Below, one piece after another: positions 38,376 to 48,285 of a stretch of 53,799 bases of DNA. A program made the translations under genes and the position numbers. Position 1 is the first letter of the stretch; every line of letters starts with the position of its first letter. The stretch is taken from contig DATATP010000189.1 of assembly GCA_036268715.1 (NCBI GenBank), positions 1 through 53,799 on the forward strand, in the 5' to 3' direction. This stretch comes from Rhizomicrobium sp. (lineage in GTDB: Bacteria > Pseudomonadota > Alphaproteobacteria > Micropepsales > Micropepsaceae). The notes beneath the pieces were generated by a model. That model saw only the letters and a list, made by a program, of their open reading frames with translations, searched no databases and was not told the DNA's origin.

Positions 38376-39713
38376 ATGGCCCGCGATCCTCAAGACATTC
38401 TCGGTTCCCTCATCCAGGCCGCCCGGCGCGCCGGTGCCGATGCCGCCGATGCGCTCTATATCGAAAGCGTATCGTCCTCGGTCTCCTACCGCCTTGGAAA
38501 GCTGGAGGATGTGGAGCGGGCGGAAGGCGCCGATCTGGGCCTGCGGGTGTTCGTGGGACAGAAGGTGGCGTTCGTCTCCTCCACCGATTTATCGCAGGAC
38601 GCGACTGCCGCCCTGCCCGGCCGGGCGCTCGCCATGGCCCGGCTGGCGCCGGAGGACAAGTTTGCGGGCTTGGCCCCCAAGGAAAAATTGGCGAGGAACA
38701 TCCCAGCCCTCGATCTTGAGGACGCCGCCGAACCATCCGCCGACCGGCTGATCGAGCTGGCGCGCGAGGTCGAAGGCGCGGCGATGGCGGTCAAAGGCAT
38801 CACCAACTCCGAAGGCGGCGGCGCCAGCTTCTCGCGCAGCGCGGTGGCGCTTGCCACCAGCGAAGGTTTTTATGGCCGCTATGCCGGCACCAGCCATTCC
38901 ATCGGGGTCGCGGTGCTGGCGGGCGCGGATACGGGCATGGAACGTGACCATGATTTCGCCACCGCCCGGCATACGGGCGACCTGGAAAGCGCCGCCGAAG
39001 TCGGCCGGCGCGCCGGAGAGCGGACGGTCAAGCGGCTCAATCCGCGCAAGGTGAAATCACAAGCGGTGCCGGTGGCGTTCGACCCGCGCGAGGCCGCCAG
39101 CCTGATTGGGCATTTTGCCGGCGCGATTTCCGGCACCTCCATCGCGCGCGGCGTGTCCTTCCTGAAGGACCGCATGGGCCAGGCCGTGTTCGCGCCCGGC
39201 GTGACCGTGATTGACGATCCCCATCGGATGCGGGGTTTGCGCTCCAAGCCGTTCGACGGCGAAGGCGTGGCCAACCAGCGCCGTGCCCTGATCGACAAGG
39301 GCGTTCTGACGACCTGGCTGCTGGACTGCGCCAGCGCCCGGCAGCTCGGGCTTGAGACGACCGGCCATGCGGCGCGCGGCACCGGCGGCCCGCCAGCGCC
39401 CTCCGCGACCAATCTCTATCTGGAGCCAGGGCCGCTGTCGCCCCAGGCGCTGATCGCCGACATCCGCCAGGGCTTCTATGTCACCGAGCTGATGGGCATG
39501 GGAGTGAATGGCGTGACCGGCGATTACAGCCGCGGCGCCGCGGGATTCTGGATCGAAAATGGTGAGCTTGCGTATCCGGTGTCGGAAGTGACCATCGCCG
39601 GAAACCTTAAGGACATGTTCGCCCAGCTGACCCCCGCCAACGATCTGGTGTTCCGGCAGGGCACCAACGCCCCCAGCATTCGCGTCGAAGGCATGACGAT
39701 TGCCGGTGCGTGA
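38376..39713 (+). CDS. pmbA: TldD/PmbA family protein (PmbA/TldE)
   Basis: DLGLRVFVG, SKPFDGEG, TGHAARG, GVNGVTGDYSRGAAGFWIENG, EVTIAGNLKDMF; lacks the TldD HExxxH. Confidence 0.92.
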   Translation: MARDPQDILGSLIQAARRAGADAADALYIESVSSSVSYRLGKLEDVERAEGADLGLRVFVGQKVAFVSSTDLSQDATAALPGRALAMARLAPEDKFAGLAPKEKLARNIPALDLEDAAEPSADRLIELAREVEGAAMAVKGITNSEGGGASFSRSAVALATSEGFYGRYAGTSHSIGVAVLAGADTGMERDHDFATARHTGDLESAAEVGRRAGERTVKRLNPRKVKSQAVPVAFDPREAASLIGHFAGAISGTSIARGVSFLKDRMGQAVFAPGVTVIDDPHRMRGLRSKPFDGEGVANQRRALIDKGVLTTWLLDCASARQLGLETTGHAARGTGGPPAPSATNLYLEPGPLSPQALIADIRQGFYVTELMGMGVNGVTGDYSRGAAGFWIENGELAYPVSEVTIAGNLKDMFAQLTPANDLVFRQGTNAPSIRVEGMTIAGA

Positions 39714-40554
39714 CGGACAATCCAGCGACGGCAACGGCACAAAATTGCAGCCGGAGTCCAGTCACGCGCCAGAATCAAACAATGCGCGTGACGATCTCGA
39801 ACTGCTGAAAGCCGCCGTGCGCGAAGCAGGCGACATCGCGCGCCGGTTCTTCGGCACGGATTACAAGCGTTGGAGCAAGACGGGCGGCAGCCCCGTCACC
39901 GAAGCCGATCTGGCGGTGGACAACTTCCTGCGTGAAACCCTCACTACGGCGCGGCCCGACTATGGCTGGCTGTCGGAGGAAAGCCCCGACGATGCGGTGC
40001 GCCTGACCCGGCAGATGGTTTTCGTGGTGGATCCGATCGACGGCACCATCGCCTTCCTGAAAGGCCGGCCCCATTTCACGATCTGCGCCGCGGTGGTGGC
40101 GGACGGAAGCCCCGTCGCCGGTGCGGTCTATAATCCGATGAGTGACGAACTCTATGCCGCCCGAGCGGGGGGCGGCGCCTTCCGCAACGGCACCGCTGTG
40201 CGGGTTAGCGAGCGCGCCCTGCTTGCGGGCTGCGCCATGCTGGGCGACCGCAGCCAGCTCGAGCGGGCGCCCTGGCCGGCGATGCATGTGCAGAATCGCA
40301 ATTCCATCGCCTTGCGTCTGGCGCTTGTGGCGGACGCCAGCGCCGACGCGGCGGTCAGCCTTTCGGCCAAGCGCGACTGGGATCTCGCCGCCGCCGACAT
40401 CATCGTTCAGGAGGCCGGCGGCCAGGTCAGCGACCTGTCCGGCGCGCCGCTGCGCTATAACGGGCCCGACGCAGTTCAGCCGGGCCTGATCGCCGCAGGA
40501 CCGGCCCTGCACCAACAAATCGTCTCGCTTCTGGAACGGAAAGCGGCGATATAG
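39700..40554 (+). CDS. Inositol monophosphatase family protein (CysQ-like)
   Basis: PVTEAD, WLSEE, VDPIDGT, WDLAAA; TTG start overlapping the pmbA end. Confidence 0.88.
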   Translation: MPVRDGQSSDGNGTKLQPESSHAPESNNARDDLELLKAAVREAGDIARRFFGTDYKRWSKTGGSPVTEADLAVDNFLRETLTTARPDYGWLSEESPDDAVRLTRQMVFVVDPIDGTIAFLKGRPHFTICAAVVADGSPVAGAVYNPMSDELYAARAGGGAFRNGTAVRVSERALLAGCAMLGDRSQLERAPWPAMHVQNRNSIALRLALVADASADAAVSLSAKRDWDLAAADIIVQEAGGQVSDLSGAPLRYNGPDAVQPGLIAAGPALHQQIVSLLERKAAI

Positions 40555-40578
40555 GCGCGCTAATTGGTGAAAATGGTC

Positions 40579-40818
40579 ATGCCCGAATCCAAACAGCTTC
40601 TGCATCTCGTTTTCGGCGGCGAACTGAAATCCGCTGACACCGTGGAATTCAAGGACCTGTCCAAGCTGGATTATGTCGGCATGTATCCCAATTTCGCAGA
40701 TGCCAAAAAAGCCTGGGCGGCAAAGGCGCAGGCGACGGTGGATAGTGCTCAGATGCGCTATTTCGTGGTCCATATCCATAAGCTGATGGACCCGGAAGAG
40801 GACGACCACCATCACTAA
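40579..40818 (+). CDS. DUF4170 domain protein
   Basis: QLLHLVFGGEL, AQATVDSAQMRYFVVH. Start 40573 or 40579. Confidence 0.85.
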   Translation: MPESKQLLHLVFGGELKSADTVEFKDLSKLDYVGMYPNFADAKKAWAAKAQATVDSAQMRYFVVHIHKLMDPEEDDHHH

Positions 40819-40874
40819 CCGATTGACAGCCAAGCGATTTTGAGCCCCTCCGCCGCTATGCTACATCGGCGGGC

Positions 40875-42650
40875 ATGACCGTTTCCCCATCTCCCAGGCC
40901 GCTCGGCGCAGGCGCGGTGATCCACCGTCTGCTGCGCGACTACGCGAAGGACCGATGGGGCATCCTGGCGCTGGGCGTACTCTGCATGTTGATCACCGAC
41001 GTAATGAGCGGAGTCCTGCCCTGGGGACTGGGCCAGGCAACCCAGCTCATTTTCGTGGACAAGCGGGGCGACCTGCTGCTGCTCATCGCCGCTGGCGCGT
41101 TCGCCGTCATGGTGATACGGGCCGCCTCCTTTTTCGGCGGCAAGACCTTGATCGATTCGCTCGGCGAGCGGATCGTGGCGGCCTGCCAGCGCGACATGTT
41201 CAGGAGCCTGGTGCGCCGGGACCTCGCCGCGCTCAACGCGATGCATTCGGGACAGTTCGTCTCCAATTTCCTCTATGACGCAACCTTGATGCGAGACGCC
41301 ATCGGTCAGAGCATCGCCGGAGGCGCGATCGAATTCATCTCCCTGTTCGTCTATGCCGCCATCATGCTGCATGCGGATTGGCAGCTCGCCTTGCTGGCGA
41401 TGCTGGTGCTGCCGGCGGTTGCCTGGGTGATGGGGCGGCTGAGCCGCGCCATGCGCCGCGCCGCCACCCGCGGCATGGAAGAAACCGGTAACCTCTCCAC
41501 CGTGCTTTCCGAAGCAATGGACGGACGGCGCATCATCAAGGCTTACGGCCTGGAGGCCCATATCGGCGAACGGGTGGATCAGCGGCTTTCCGAACGGCTC
41601 GCCACCCTGTTGAAGGCGGTGCGCGCCCGCTCGGCCGGGGTTCCGTCCACCGACATTTTTGTCGGGATCGTCGTCGCGCTGGTGCTGTTCTTCGCCGGCT
41701 ATCAATCCGTGCACGGAGAATTGACCCTGGCGGGCTTCACCGCCTTCGCGGCGGCCTTGATGCTGGCACAGCAGCCGGTGCGGATCTTGAGCCAATTGAT
41801 GCCCACTCTCGCGGTCGGCACCGCCGCCGCCCACCGCGTGTTCGCCATGATCGACGCAAAGCCCCTGATCGACGACCGTCCCGGGGCGGCTACGCTCACA
41901 GTGAAGGGGGGTGGGGTGAAATTGCGCGATGTCGGCTTCAGCTATCACGCCAATGCCGGGCCGGCCCTGAGGCAGGTCGATCTCGACATTCCGGCGGGGA
42001 AGAAGATCGCCTTGGTGGGCCCGTCCGGCGCGGGCAAGAGCACCATCTTCAACCTGCTGCTGCGCTTTTACGAGCGCGACAGCGGCGTCATCGCCATCGA
42101 CGGCCAGGACATCGCCGGCGTCACCTTGCAATCGCTGCGCGCCAATATCGCGCTGGTCACCCAGGAAGCCATCCTGTTCGACGAGAGCGTGGCGGACAAT
42201 ATCGCGCTGGGGCAGCCCGGCGCCTCTCGCGCCGAGATTGAGGCGGCGGCAAGGAACGCCGCGGCGCATGACTTCATCCTCGAAATGCCCGACGGCTATG
42301 ACACGCGGGTTGGCGAAGGCGGGCTCAAATTGTCCGGCGGCCAGCGCCAGCGTATCGCCATTGCCCGCGCCATGCTGCGCGGCGCGCCGATCCTGCTGCT
42401 GGACGAAGCGACCAGCGCGCTGGATACCGAAAACGAATCCCGGGTGCAGGAGGCGCTGTCGCGGCTGATGCAGGGCCGCACCACCATTGTGGTGGCGCAC
42501 CGGCTTTCCACCGTGCTGGACGCCGACCGCATCTATGTGTTGGATCGCGGGCACGTCGTCGAGTCGGGCGCACATTCCGAACTGATGGCACGGGGCGGGC
42601 TCTATGCCAGCCTCTATCAGCACCATCTGATCGAACCGGAGCCTGCCTGA
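40875..42650 (+). CDS. msbA: ABC transporter permease/ATPase, probable lipid A flippase
   Basis: Membrane domain plus Walker A GPSGAGKS, LSGGQRQR, LLLDEATSALD; directly upstream of waaA-lpxK. Confidence 0.8.
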   Translation: MTVSPSPRPLGAGAVIHRLLRDYAKDRWGILALGVLCMLITDVMSGVLPWGLGQATQLIFVDKRGDLLLLIAAGAFAVMVIRAASFFGGKTLIDSLGERIVAACQRDMFRSLVRRDLAALNAMHSGQFVSNFLYDATLMRDAIGQSIAGGAIEFISLFVYAAIMLHADWQLALLAMLVLPAVAWVMGRLSRAMRRAATRGMEETGNLSTVLSEAMDGRRIIKAYGLEAHIGERVDQRLSERLATLLKAVRARSAGVPSTDIFVGIVVALVLFFAGYQSVHGELTLAGFTAFAAALMLAQQPVRILSQLMPTLAVGTAAAHRVFAMIDAKPLIDDRPGAATLTVKGGGVKLRDVGFSYHANAGPALRQVDLDIPAGKKIALVGPSGAGKSTIFNLLLRFYERDSGVIAIDGQDIAGVTLQSLRANIALVTQEAILFDESVADNIALGQPGASRAEIEAAARNAAAHDFILEMPDGYDTRVGEGGLKLSGGQRQRIAIARAMLRGAPILLLDEATSALDTENESRVQEALSRLMQGRTTIVVAHRLSTVLDADRIYVLDRGHVVESGAHSELMARGGLYASLYQHHLIEPEPA

Positions 42651-43919
42651 ATGGCCAAGCCCTTCGGCATCACGGCCTGGCGGACCGTGTCCAGTATCGC
42701 TTCGCCCTTCGCGCCCCTCTTGCTGCGGGAACGCGCTTCCCGCGGCAAGGAAGATCGCGCCCGGCTGGGGGAGCGCCTGGGAACGGCGAGTGCCGCGCGG
42801 CCGGAAGGTCCGCTGGTATGGGTGCACGGCGCCAGCGTGGGTGAAAGCTTGTCGGCGCTTCCGCTGATCGACAAGCTGCTGGAATGCGGCTGTCCGGTGC
42901 TGGCGACCAGCGGCACGGTCAGCAGCGCGCATGTCATGCAAGCGCGCTTGCCGCAAGGCGCGATCCATCAATATGTGCCGCTCGACACGCCACGCGCCAC
43001 CGCGCGCTTCCTGGATCATTGGAAACCCCGGTTGGGCCTGTTCGTGGAATCGGACCTTTGGCCCAACCTGATCCTGAGCGCCGCCGAGCGCGGCGTGCGG
43101 CTTGCGTTGGTCAATGCGCGCATTTCCGAGCGCTCCGCGACAGGCTGGCAACGGGCCCGGCACAGCGCGGCTGCGCTGCTTGGCGCGTTTGCCATGGTGC
43201 TGGCGCAGGACGAAGATGTCGCGGCGCGGTTTCGAGCGCTGGGCGCACGAGAAGTCCGGGTGGTTGGCTCGCTGAAGGCCGATGCCCCGCCGCTGGCGGC
43301 CGATGAAAAGAAATTATCGGAATTGCAGGCCGCCGTCGGATCGCGCCCAGTGCTGCTGGCGGCACAGACCCATCCGGGCGAAGACGAAACCGTACTGCCG
43401 GCGCACGACATCCTGCGGGCCCGCCATCCCGATCTGCTCACCATACTGGTGCCTCGCCATCCCGAACGCGGCGGCGATATCGCGATGCTCGCAGGCCGGC
43501 GGGCTGCCGCGCGCCGCGGCCAGGGTGGGGCGATCACCGGGCAAACTTGCGTCTATATCGCCGACACCTTGGGCGAGCTTGGGTTGTTCTACCGTCTCGC
43601 GCATTTCTGTTTCCTGGGCGGGACCCTGGTGCCGATGGGCGGTCATAATCCGTTGGAACCGGCGATCTTGCACCGCGCCGTACTGGCGGGCCCGCACCGC
43701 GCCAATTCGGCCAGGGCCTTCGAAGCCATCCTTGGTGCGCAGGGTTTCGGCAGCGTGCTTTCGAGCGCGGATATCGCACGGGAAGCGGGACGGCTGATCG
43801 CCGACCCCGCCGCCGCGCGGGCGGCAGGCGAGGCGGCGTCACGCGGCGCCGCCAGCCAATCCGGCGCGGTAGGCCGCACCCTGGACGCGCTTAGCGACCT
43901 GATCGATGCGAGCGCCTGA
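42651..43919 (+). CDS. waaA: 3-deoxy-D-manno-octulosonic acid (Kdo) transferase
   Basis: WVHGASVGE, ESDLWPN, LVPRHPERG, DTLGELG, GGHNPLEPA. Confidence 0.95.
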   Translation: MAKPFGITAWRTVSSIASPFAPLLLRERASRGKEDRARLGERLGTASAARPEGPLVWVHGASVGESLSALPLIDKLLECGCPVLATSGTVSSAHVMQARLPQGAIHQYVPLDTPRATARFLDHWKPRLGLFVESDLWPNLILSAAERGVRLALVNARISERSATGWQRARHSAAALLGAFAMVLAQDEDVAARFRALGAREVRVVGSLKADAPPLAADEKKLSELQAAVGSRPVLLAAQTHPGEDETVLPAHDILRARHPDLLTILVPRHPERGGDIAMLAGRRAAARRGQGGAITGQTCVYIADTLGELGLFYRLAHFCFLGGTLVPMGGHNPLEPAILHRAVLAGPHRANSARAFEAILGAQGFGSVLSSADIAREAGRLIADPAAARAAGEAASRGAASQSGAVGRTLDALSDLIDASA

Positions 43920-44856
43920 GTTCTGGATGCATAACGGATTTGCCGCCCGCCTGTTGGCGCCGCTGGGCGCGCTTTATGGCGCGAGCGTGGCGCGCAAGGC
44001 AAAGACATCGCGCTCGTACCGTGCGGCGATTCCGGTCATTTGTGTCGGCAATCTGACGGCAGGCGGCAGCGGCAAGACGCCTGTCGCGATTGCCGTGGCA
44101 CAAGCGCTGATCGCCCGCGGCGCCAGGCCGTTCTTTCTCACCCGGGGCTATGGCGGAAATGTGCGCCGCGCCGCGCTGGTGACGCAAAGCGACAGCGCCG
44201 CGCAGGTGGGGGACGAAGCCCTGTTGCTCACCCGCACCGCCCCCGTCATCGTGGAGGCCGACCGGGCGGAAGGCGCGGCGCTTGCCGAGGCCCAAAGCGC
44301 CGGCATCATCGTCATGGATGATGGCCATCAGAATTTCGGGCTGCGCAAAAACCTTTCCTTGATCGTCGTCGATGGCCAGACCGGTTTCGGCAACGGCCGG
44401 ATGATCCCCGCCGGACCGCTGCGCGAGCCGGTGGCACAGGGGTTGGCCCGGGCCGATGCCGTGATCGCGATGGGCGAAGGGATGCCCGATCTGGGAGGTT
44501 TCGCCGGGCCGGTGCTGCGCGCCCGGCTGCACGCCGACGGCGAAACATTGCGCGGCCGAAAGATATTCGCCTTCGCGGGCATCGGCCGGCCGGAGAAATT
44601 CACGGATTCTCTAAGACAGGCCGGTGCAATTATTACCGGCGCGAAATTTTTTTCCGATCACCATCCCTACAGCGCCCGGGAAATCGCAGCATTGCGCACA
44701 GCGGCAGGGAACGCCCTTCTCGTCACCACCGAAAAGGATCTGGTCCGGCTTGCGCCGGAGCAACGCACCGGCATCGCGGTTCTGCCGGTTCGCGCGGTGT
44801 TCGACAATCCGGCCGGGTTGGCGCGCTTGCTTGACAGGGTTTCTCCCGCGGTTTAG
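43906..44856 (+). CDS. lpxK: Tetraacyldisaccharide 4'-kinase
   Basis: VGNLTAGGSGKTP, GDEALLL, MDDGHQ, PAGPLRE, FSDHHPY, TTEKD. Confidence 0.96.
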   Translation: MRAPEFWMHNGFAARLLAPLGALYGASVARKAKTSRSYRAAIPVICVGNLTAGGSGKTPVAIAVAQALIARGARPFFLTRGYGGNVRRAALVTQSDSAAQVGDEALLLTRTAPVIVEADRAEGAALAEAQSAGIIVMDDGHQNFGLRKNLSLIVVDGQTGFGNGRMIPAGPLREPVAQGLARADAVIAMGEGMPDLGGFAGPVLRARLHADGETLRGRKIFAFAGIGRPEKFTDSLRQAGAIITGAKFFSDHHPYSAREIAALRTAAGNALLVTTEKDLVRLAPEQRTGIAVLPVRAVFDNPAGLARLLDRVSPAV

Positions 44857-44869
44857 CGCGACTGCCGGC

Positions 44870-45772
44870 ATGGCCCTTCCCACCCTCAGATTTGGTCGCA
44901 AGCTGCGCTATGGCGTGGAGGCGGCGGTCTTCTTCGCCTTCATGGCGCTGTTCCGGATCGTCGGGCTGGACCGGGCCTCGGCGCTGGGCGGCTGGATCGG
45001 GCGCAATATTTTCTCGCGGCTGCCGCCCGATAGGATCGCCCGCGCCAATCTCGCCGGCGCCTTCCCCGAAAAGTCGGCCGCCGAACGCGATGCCATTCGC
45101 ATGGCGATGTGGGACAATCTGGGGCGGGTGGTGGCGGAATATCCCCATCTCGAAAAATTTGCCATCGCCGGGCCCGATCCGCGGATTCGCGTGGCCGGGC
45201 TGGGCGATGCGTCGGGCGTGTTCGCAGATGGACGCGGCGTGATGTTCCTTTCCGCTCATCTCGCCAATTGGGAGATGATGCCGATTGCGGGCCAGGAGAG
45301 GGGATTCGAGGGCGCGACGGTAGTTCGCCATCCCAACAACCCGTATGTCGCCCGCTGGATCGCTCGGCAGCGTGCGCTGCGCGGCCCACAGGAGCAGATC
45401 GGCAAGCATAGCGGCGCGCGCCGCATCTTCGCCCAACTGCGCGGGGGCAAGGCGATCTACATGCTGGTGGACCAAAAGAATGACGAAGGCATGGCGGTGC
45501 CATTCTTCGGACGCGACGCGATGACGACGCCGGTTCCCGCGGCGCTCGCCTTGAAAACAGGTGCGCGCATCCTGTTTGCCAGCAACCACAGGCTGGGCGG
45601 GTCGCGTTTTGAGATCACCGTTCACCCTGGCCCGGATTTCCAGCCGAGCGGCGACGAAGCACGCGACATCCGGACCCTGACGCAAACCATCACCGCGCAC
45701 ATCGAGGACATTATCCGACGCGATCCGGCCCAGTGGCTGTGGATTCACCGGCGGTGGCCTTCCACTGACTAG
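44870..45772 (+). CDS. Lipid A late acyltransferase (LpxL/HtrB family)
   Basis: SAHLANWE, MLVDQK, VPFFG, PAQWLWIHRRW. Confidence 0.9.
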   Translation: MALPTLRFGRKLRYGVEAAVFFAFMALFRIVGLDRASALGGWIGRNIFSRLPPDRIARANLAGAFPEKSAAERDAIRMAMWDNLGRVVAEYPHLEKFAIAGPDPRIRVAGLGDASGVFADGRGVMFLSAHLANWEMMPIAGQERGFEGATVVRHPNNPYVARWIARQRALRGPQEQIGKHSGARRIFAQLRGGKAIYMLVDQKNDEGMAVPFFGRDAMTTPVPAALALKTGARILFASNHRLGGSRFEITVHPGPDFQPSGDEARDIRTLTQTITAHIEDIIRRDPAQWLWIHRRWPSTD

Positions 45773-46596
45773 AGTGGACCGGGCTGTGGCCTGCGGGTCG
45801 AGAGCGAGGGATCGAGCTTCACTTCGAACCAGTTCATCGCCCAATGCAGATGTGGACCGGTGGCGCGGCCGGTCTGCCCGACCCGGCCGATCACATCGCC
45901 GCGTTTGACCGGCGCGCCCTTTTCCACCAGCCGCTTGGACTGATGCAAATAGCAGGTCGAGACGCCCTGACCATGCTCGATCAGAGTGAAGCCGCCGTCC
46001 AGGAAATAGTCGTCCGAGATGCTCACCGTCCCGTCCGCCGGAGCGTGGATCGGCGTGCCCACCGGGGCCGCGATGTCGACCCCGAAATGGGGCGCCATCG
46101 CCACGCCATTGTCGATGCGCCGGCTGCCGAACACGCCGCTGACGATCCCCGGCGCGGGCCAGTCGAAACCGGACAGGAAATCGCTGCCGTCGCTGTCGGT
46201 CAGGCGCGCCAGATAGATCGCCGCCGCTTCCCTGTCGATGCGGGCCAGCACCTCCGGCGGAGGGGTCACGGTCCGCTGCGGCAGTCCTTCGATCCGCTGG
46301 GTTTCATACTGGCGGGGTGCCGGCGTGAAGGAGCGGCTGTCGCCCAGGCCGTCCGGATAGCGCACCGTCACCAGCGAAGGGCGCGTCTGATCGAAGCCGA
46401 ACCCGAAGGTGAAGCGACCCTCCGCCGTCACACGCAGCGGCCTTCCGTCCAGCGCGACTATCGATCCCGGCGGCGCGCTGCCAAGGGCCAGGCTCCCCTG
46501 CTGCATCGCTCCGGTGATGCCGAAGCGCACCTCGTCTGCAAAACAGGGCACTGCGCCAAACGCCAGCGCTCCACCCAGAATTGCACGACGATTCAC
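45769..46596 (-). CDS. M23 family metallopeptidase with twin-arginine-like N-terminus
   Basis: HFGVD, YLHQS, GRATGPHLHW. GTG start overlaps the upstream stop and gives MNRRAILGG. Confidence 0.9.
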   Translation of the reverse strand: MNRRAILGGALAFGAVPCFADEVRFGITGAMQQGSLALGSAPPGSIVALDGRPLRVTAEGRFTFGFGFDQTRPSLVTVRYPDGLGDSRSFTPAPRQYETQRIEGLPQRTVTPPPEVLARIDREAAAIYLARLTDSDGSDFLSGFDWPAPGIVSGVFGSRRIDNGVAMAPHFGVDIAAPVGTPIHAPADGTVSISDDYFLDGGFTLIEHGQGVSTCYLHQSKRLVEKGAPVKRGDVIGRVGQTGRATGPHLHWAMNWFEVKLDPSLSTRRPQPGPL

Positions 46597-46811
46597 CTGG
46601 GGACCAGGCCGCGTTCCTGCAGCCGGCGCGTCGCCGCTGTCGGCGTTGCATAGGGCTCCTGCAGATCGACGCTCCAATAGCGCAACGCCTCCAGGGGGAT
46701 ATGAACCCCGGTTGCGGCGCACACGACATAGGCCCCGGGGCCGAGGATTTCATACTCGCCGTCGAGATAGCGAAGCCTCGCCTCGCCCTGATCGCGTTCC
46801 ATGCGGTTCAT
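46593..46811 (-). CDS. DUF2093 domain protein
   Basis: EARLRYLDGEY, VVCAATG, LRYWSVDLQEPY. Confidence 0.85.
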   Translation of the reverse strand: MNRMERDQGEARLRYLDGEYEILGPGAYVVCAATGVHIPLEALRYWSVDLQEPYATPTAATRRLQERGLVPR

Positions 46812-46834
46812 GGCCCACAATATCGTGCGGAATG

Positions 46835-48238
46835 TTAAAAAAGCGAGCCCTGATCTTTCGCGACTTTCTTGGCTCTCCGCGGCGCTTTGGGCTTGTTTTC
46901 GCCGTCATCCGCCACCACACCCACCTCGCCATCGGCAAAGACCAGGGCCAGCGCCTCGCCCGGCACGACCGCAGCGGCGGTACGGCGCACATCGCCGTCT
47001 GTCCCCCGCACCAGGGCAAAGCCGCGCTCCAGAACCGCGCGGTAAGAAACCCCCTCTAGGATTCGGGCCAGACCGTCGAGATGCCGGCGGGCGTCGGCCA
47101 GGGTCGCGCGTTGAACCCGCCCGGCGCGCGCCTCCATCGCCCGGAGCCGCTCGCGGGCCAAAGCAATACGGTCCCTGATGGATTTGGTCCGCAGCAGCGC
47201 CGCCGCGTTCGCCAGCGCGACGCGATGCTGCGACAGGTTGTGGCGCAAGGAACCGCCCAGCCGCTCGCCGGCGTGATCCAGCCGCTGGCGCGGCGTGGCG
47301 AAGAGCGCCTCGGGACGCGGCAGGATGCGGGCAAGCTGGACCAGATGCCGCCGCCGGTCCTGCAGTCCCTTGCCGAAGCAATTGAGCATCCGGCGCTGCA
47401 TATCCAAGGTCTGGACCAGCAGCTCGGCGCGCACCGGTACCGCCAGTTCCGCGGCGGCGGTGGGCGTGGGTGCGCGAATATCGGCCGCGAAATCGATCAA
47501 GGTCGTATCGGTCTCATGACCGACCGCGGAGATCAGGGGAATGATGCTGGCGGCCGCTGCGCGCACCACCATCTCGTCGTTGAACGCCATCAGGTCCTCG
47601 ACCGAGCCGCCGCCCCGCGCCACGATCAACAGGTCGGGCCTGGGCCCGGTCAGGGCATTGAACCCGGCGATCGCCGCGGCGATCTCGGCAGCCGCGCGCT
47701 CGCCCTGCACCGCCACCGGCCATAGCAACACCCGGCGGGGAAAGCGCGCCTCGAGCCGGTGCATGATATCGCGGATCACCGCGCCGGTGGGCGACGTGAC
47801 GACGCCGATCACCTCGGGCAGGAAGGGCAGCTTCTTCTTGCGCGCGGCATCGAACAGACCCTCGGCGGCCAGGCGCCTCCTGCGCTCGTCCAGCATCGCC
47901 ATCAAGGCGCCCAACCCTGCCAGTTCCACCTGCTCGACGATAAGCTGGTAGCGCGACGAACCGGAATAAGTGGACAATTTGCCGGTGCATACGACTTCCA
48001 GTCCGGCCTCGGGCCTGACCCGCAGCCGCGCCGCCGTGGCGCGCCAGATCACCGCATTGAGGCAGGCCTTGTCGTCCTTGAGATCGAAATAGACATGCCC
48101 CGAGGAGTGGAATTTGAGACCGCTCACCTCGCCGCGCACCCGCACGGCCGCGAAATTCTCCTCCACCGCGCGTTTGAGGGCGCCGGAGATTTCGCTCACC
48201 GAATATTCGGGCAGGTTGGAAAGAGGTGCTTCGCTCAT
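46835..48238 (-). CDS. xseA: Exodeoxyribonuclease VII large subunit
   Basis: YSVSEIS, SGHVYFDLKD, VTSPTGAVIRDI, ARGGGSVEDL, SAVGHETD, RAPTPTAAAE. Confidence 0.96.
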   Translation of the reverse strand: MSEAPLSNLPEYSVSEISGALKRAVEENFAAVRVRGEVSGLKFHSSGHVYFDLKDDKACLNAVIWRATAARLRVRPEAGLEVVCTGKLSTYSGSSRYQLIVEQVELAGLGALMAMLDERRRRLAAEGLFDAARKKKLPFLPEVIGVVTSPTGAVIRDIMHRLEARFPRRVLLWPVAVQGERAAAEIAAAIAGFNALTGPRPDLLIVARGGGSVEDLMAFNDEMVVRAAAASIIPLISAVGHETDTTLIDFAADIRAPTPTAAAELAVPVRAELLVQTLDMQRRMLNCFGKGLQDRRRHLVQLARILPRPEALFATPRQRLDHAGERLGGSLRHNLSQHRVALANAAALLRTKSIRDRIALARERLRAMEARAGRVQRATLADARRHLDGLARILEGVSYRAVLERGFALVRGTDGDVRRTAAAVVPGEALALVFADGEVGVVADDGENKPKAPRRAKKVAKDQGSLF

Positions 48239-48285
48239 GCGCCGGACAATGATACAGGGCGGACCGTGATGATGGCGAGACGATC

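Noticed and set aside
21060-39713. TldD/PmbA plus several proteases as a RiPP biosynthetic cluster
   Set aside because: No precursor peptide or YcaO, radical SAM or other modifying enzyme; both genes sit in ordinary housekeeping contexts about 16 kb apart.
40815-43163. 782-aa minus-strand ORF and other long shadow ORFs (e.g. 1960-3243, 16323-17774, 49560-50954, 51416-52657)
   Set aside because: They lie antisense to or overlap well-supported genes, have no recognisable motifs, and are expected from high-GC codon bias.
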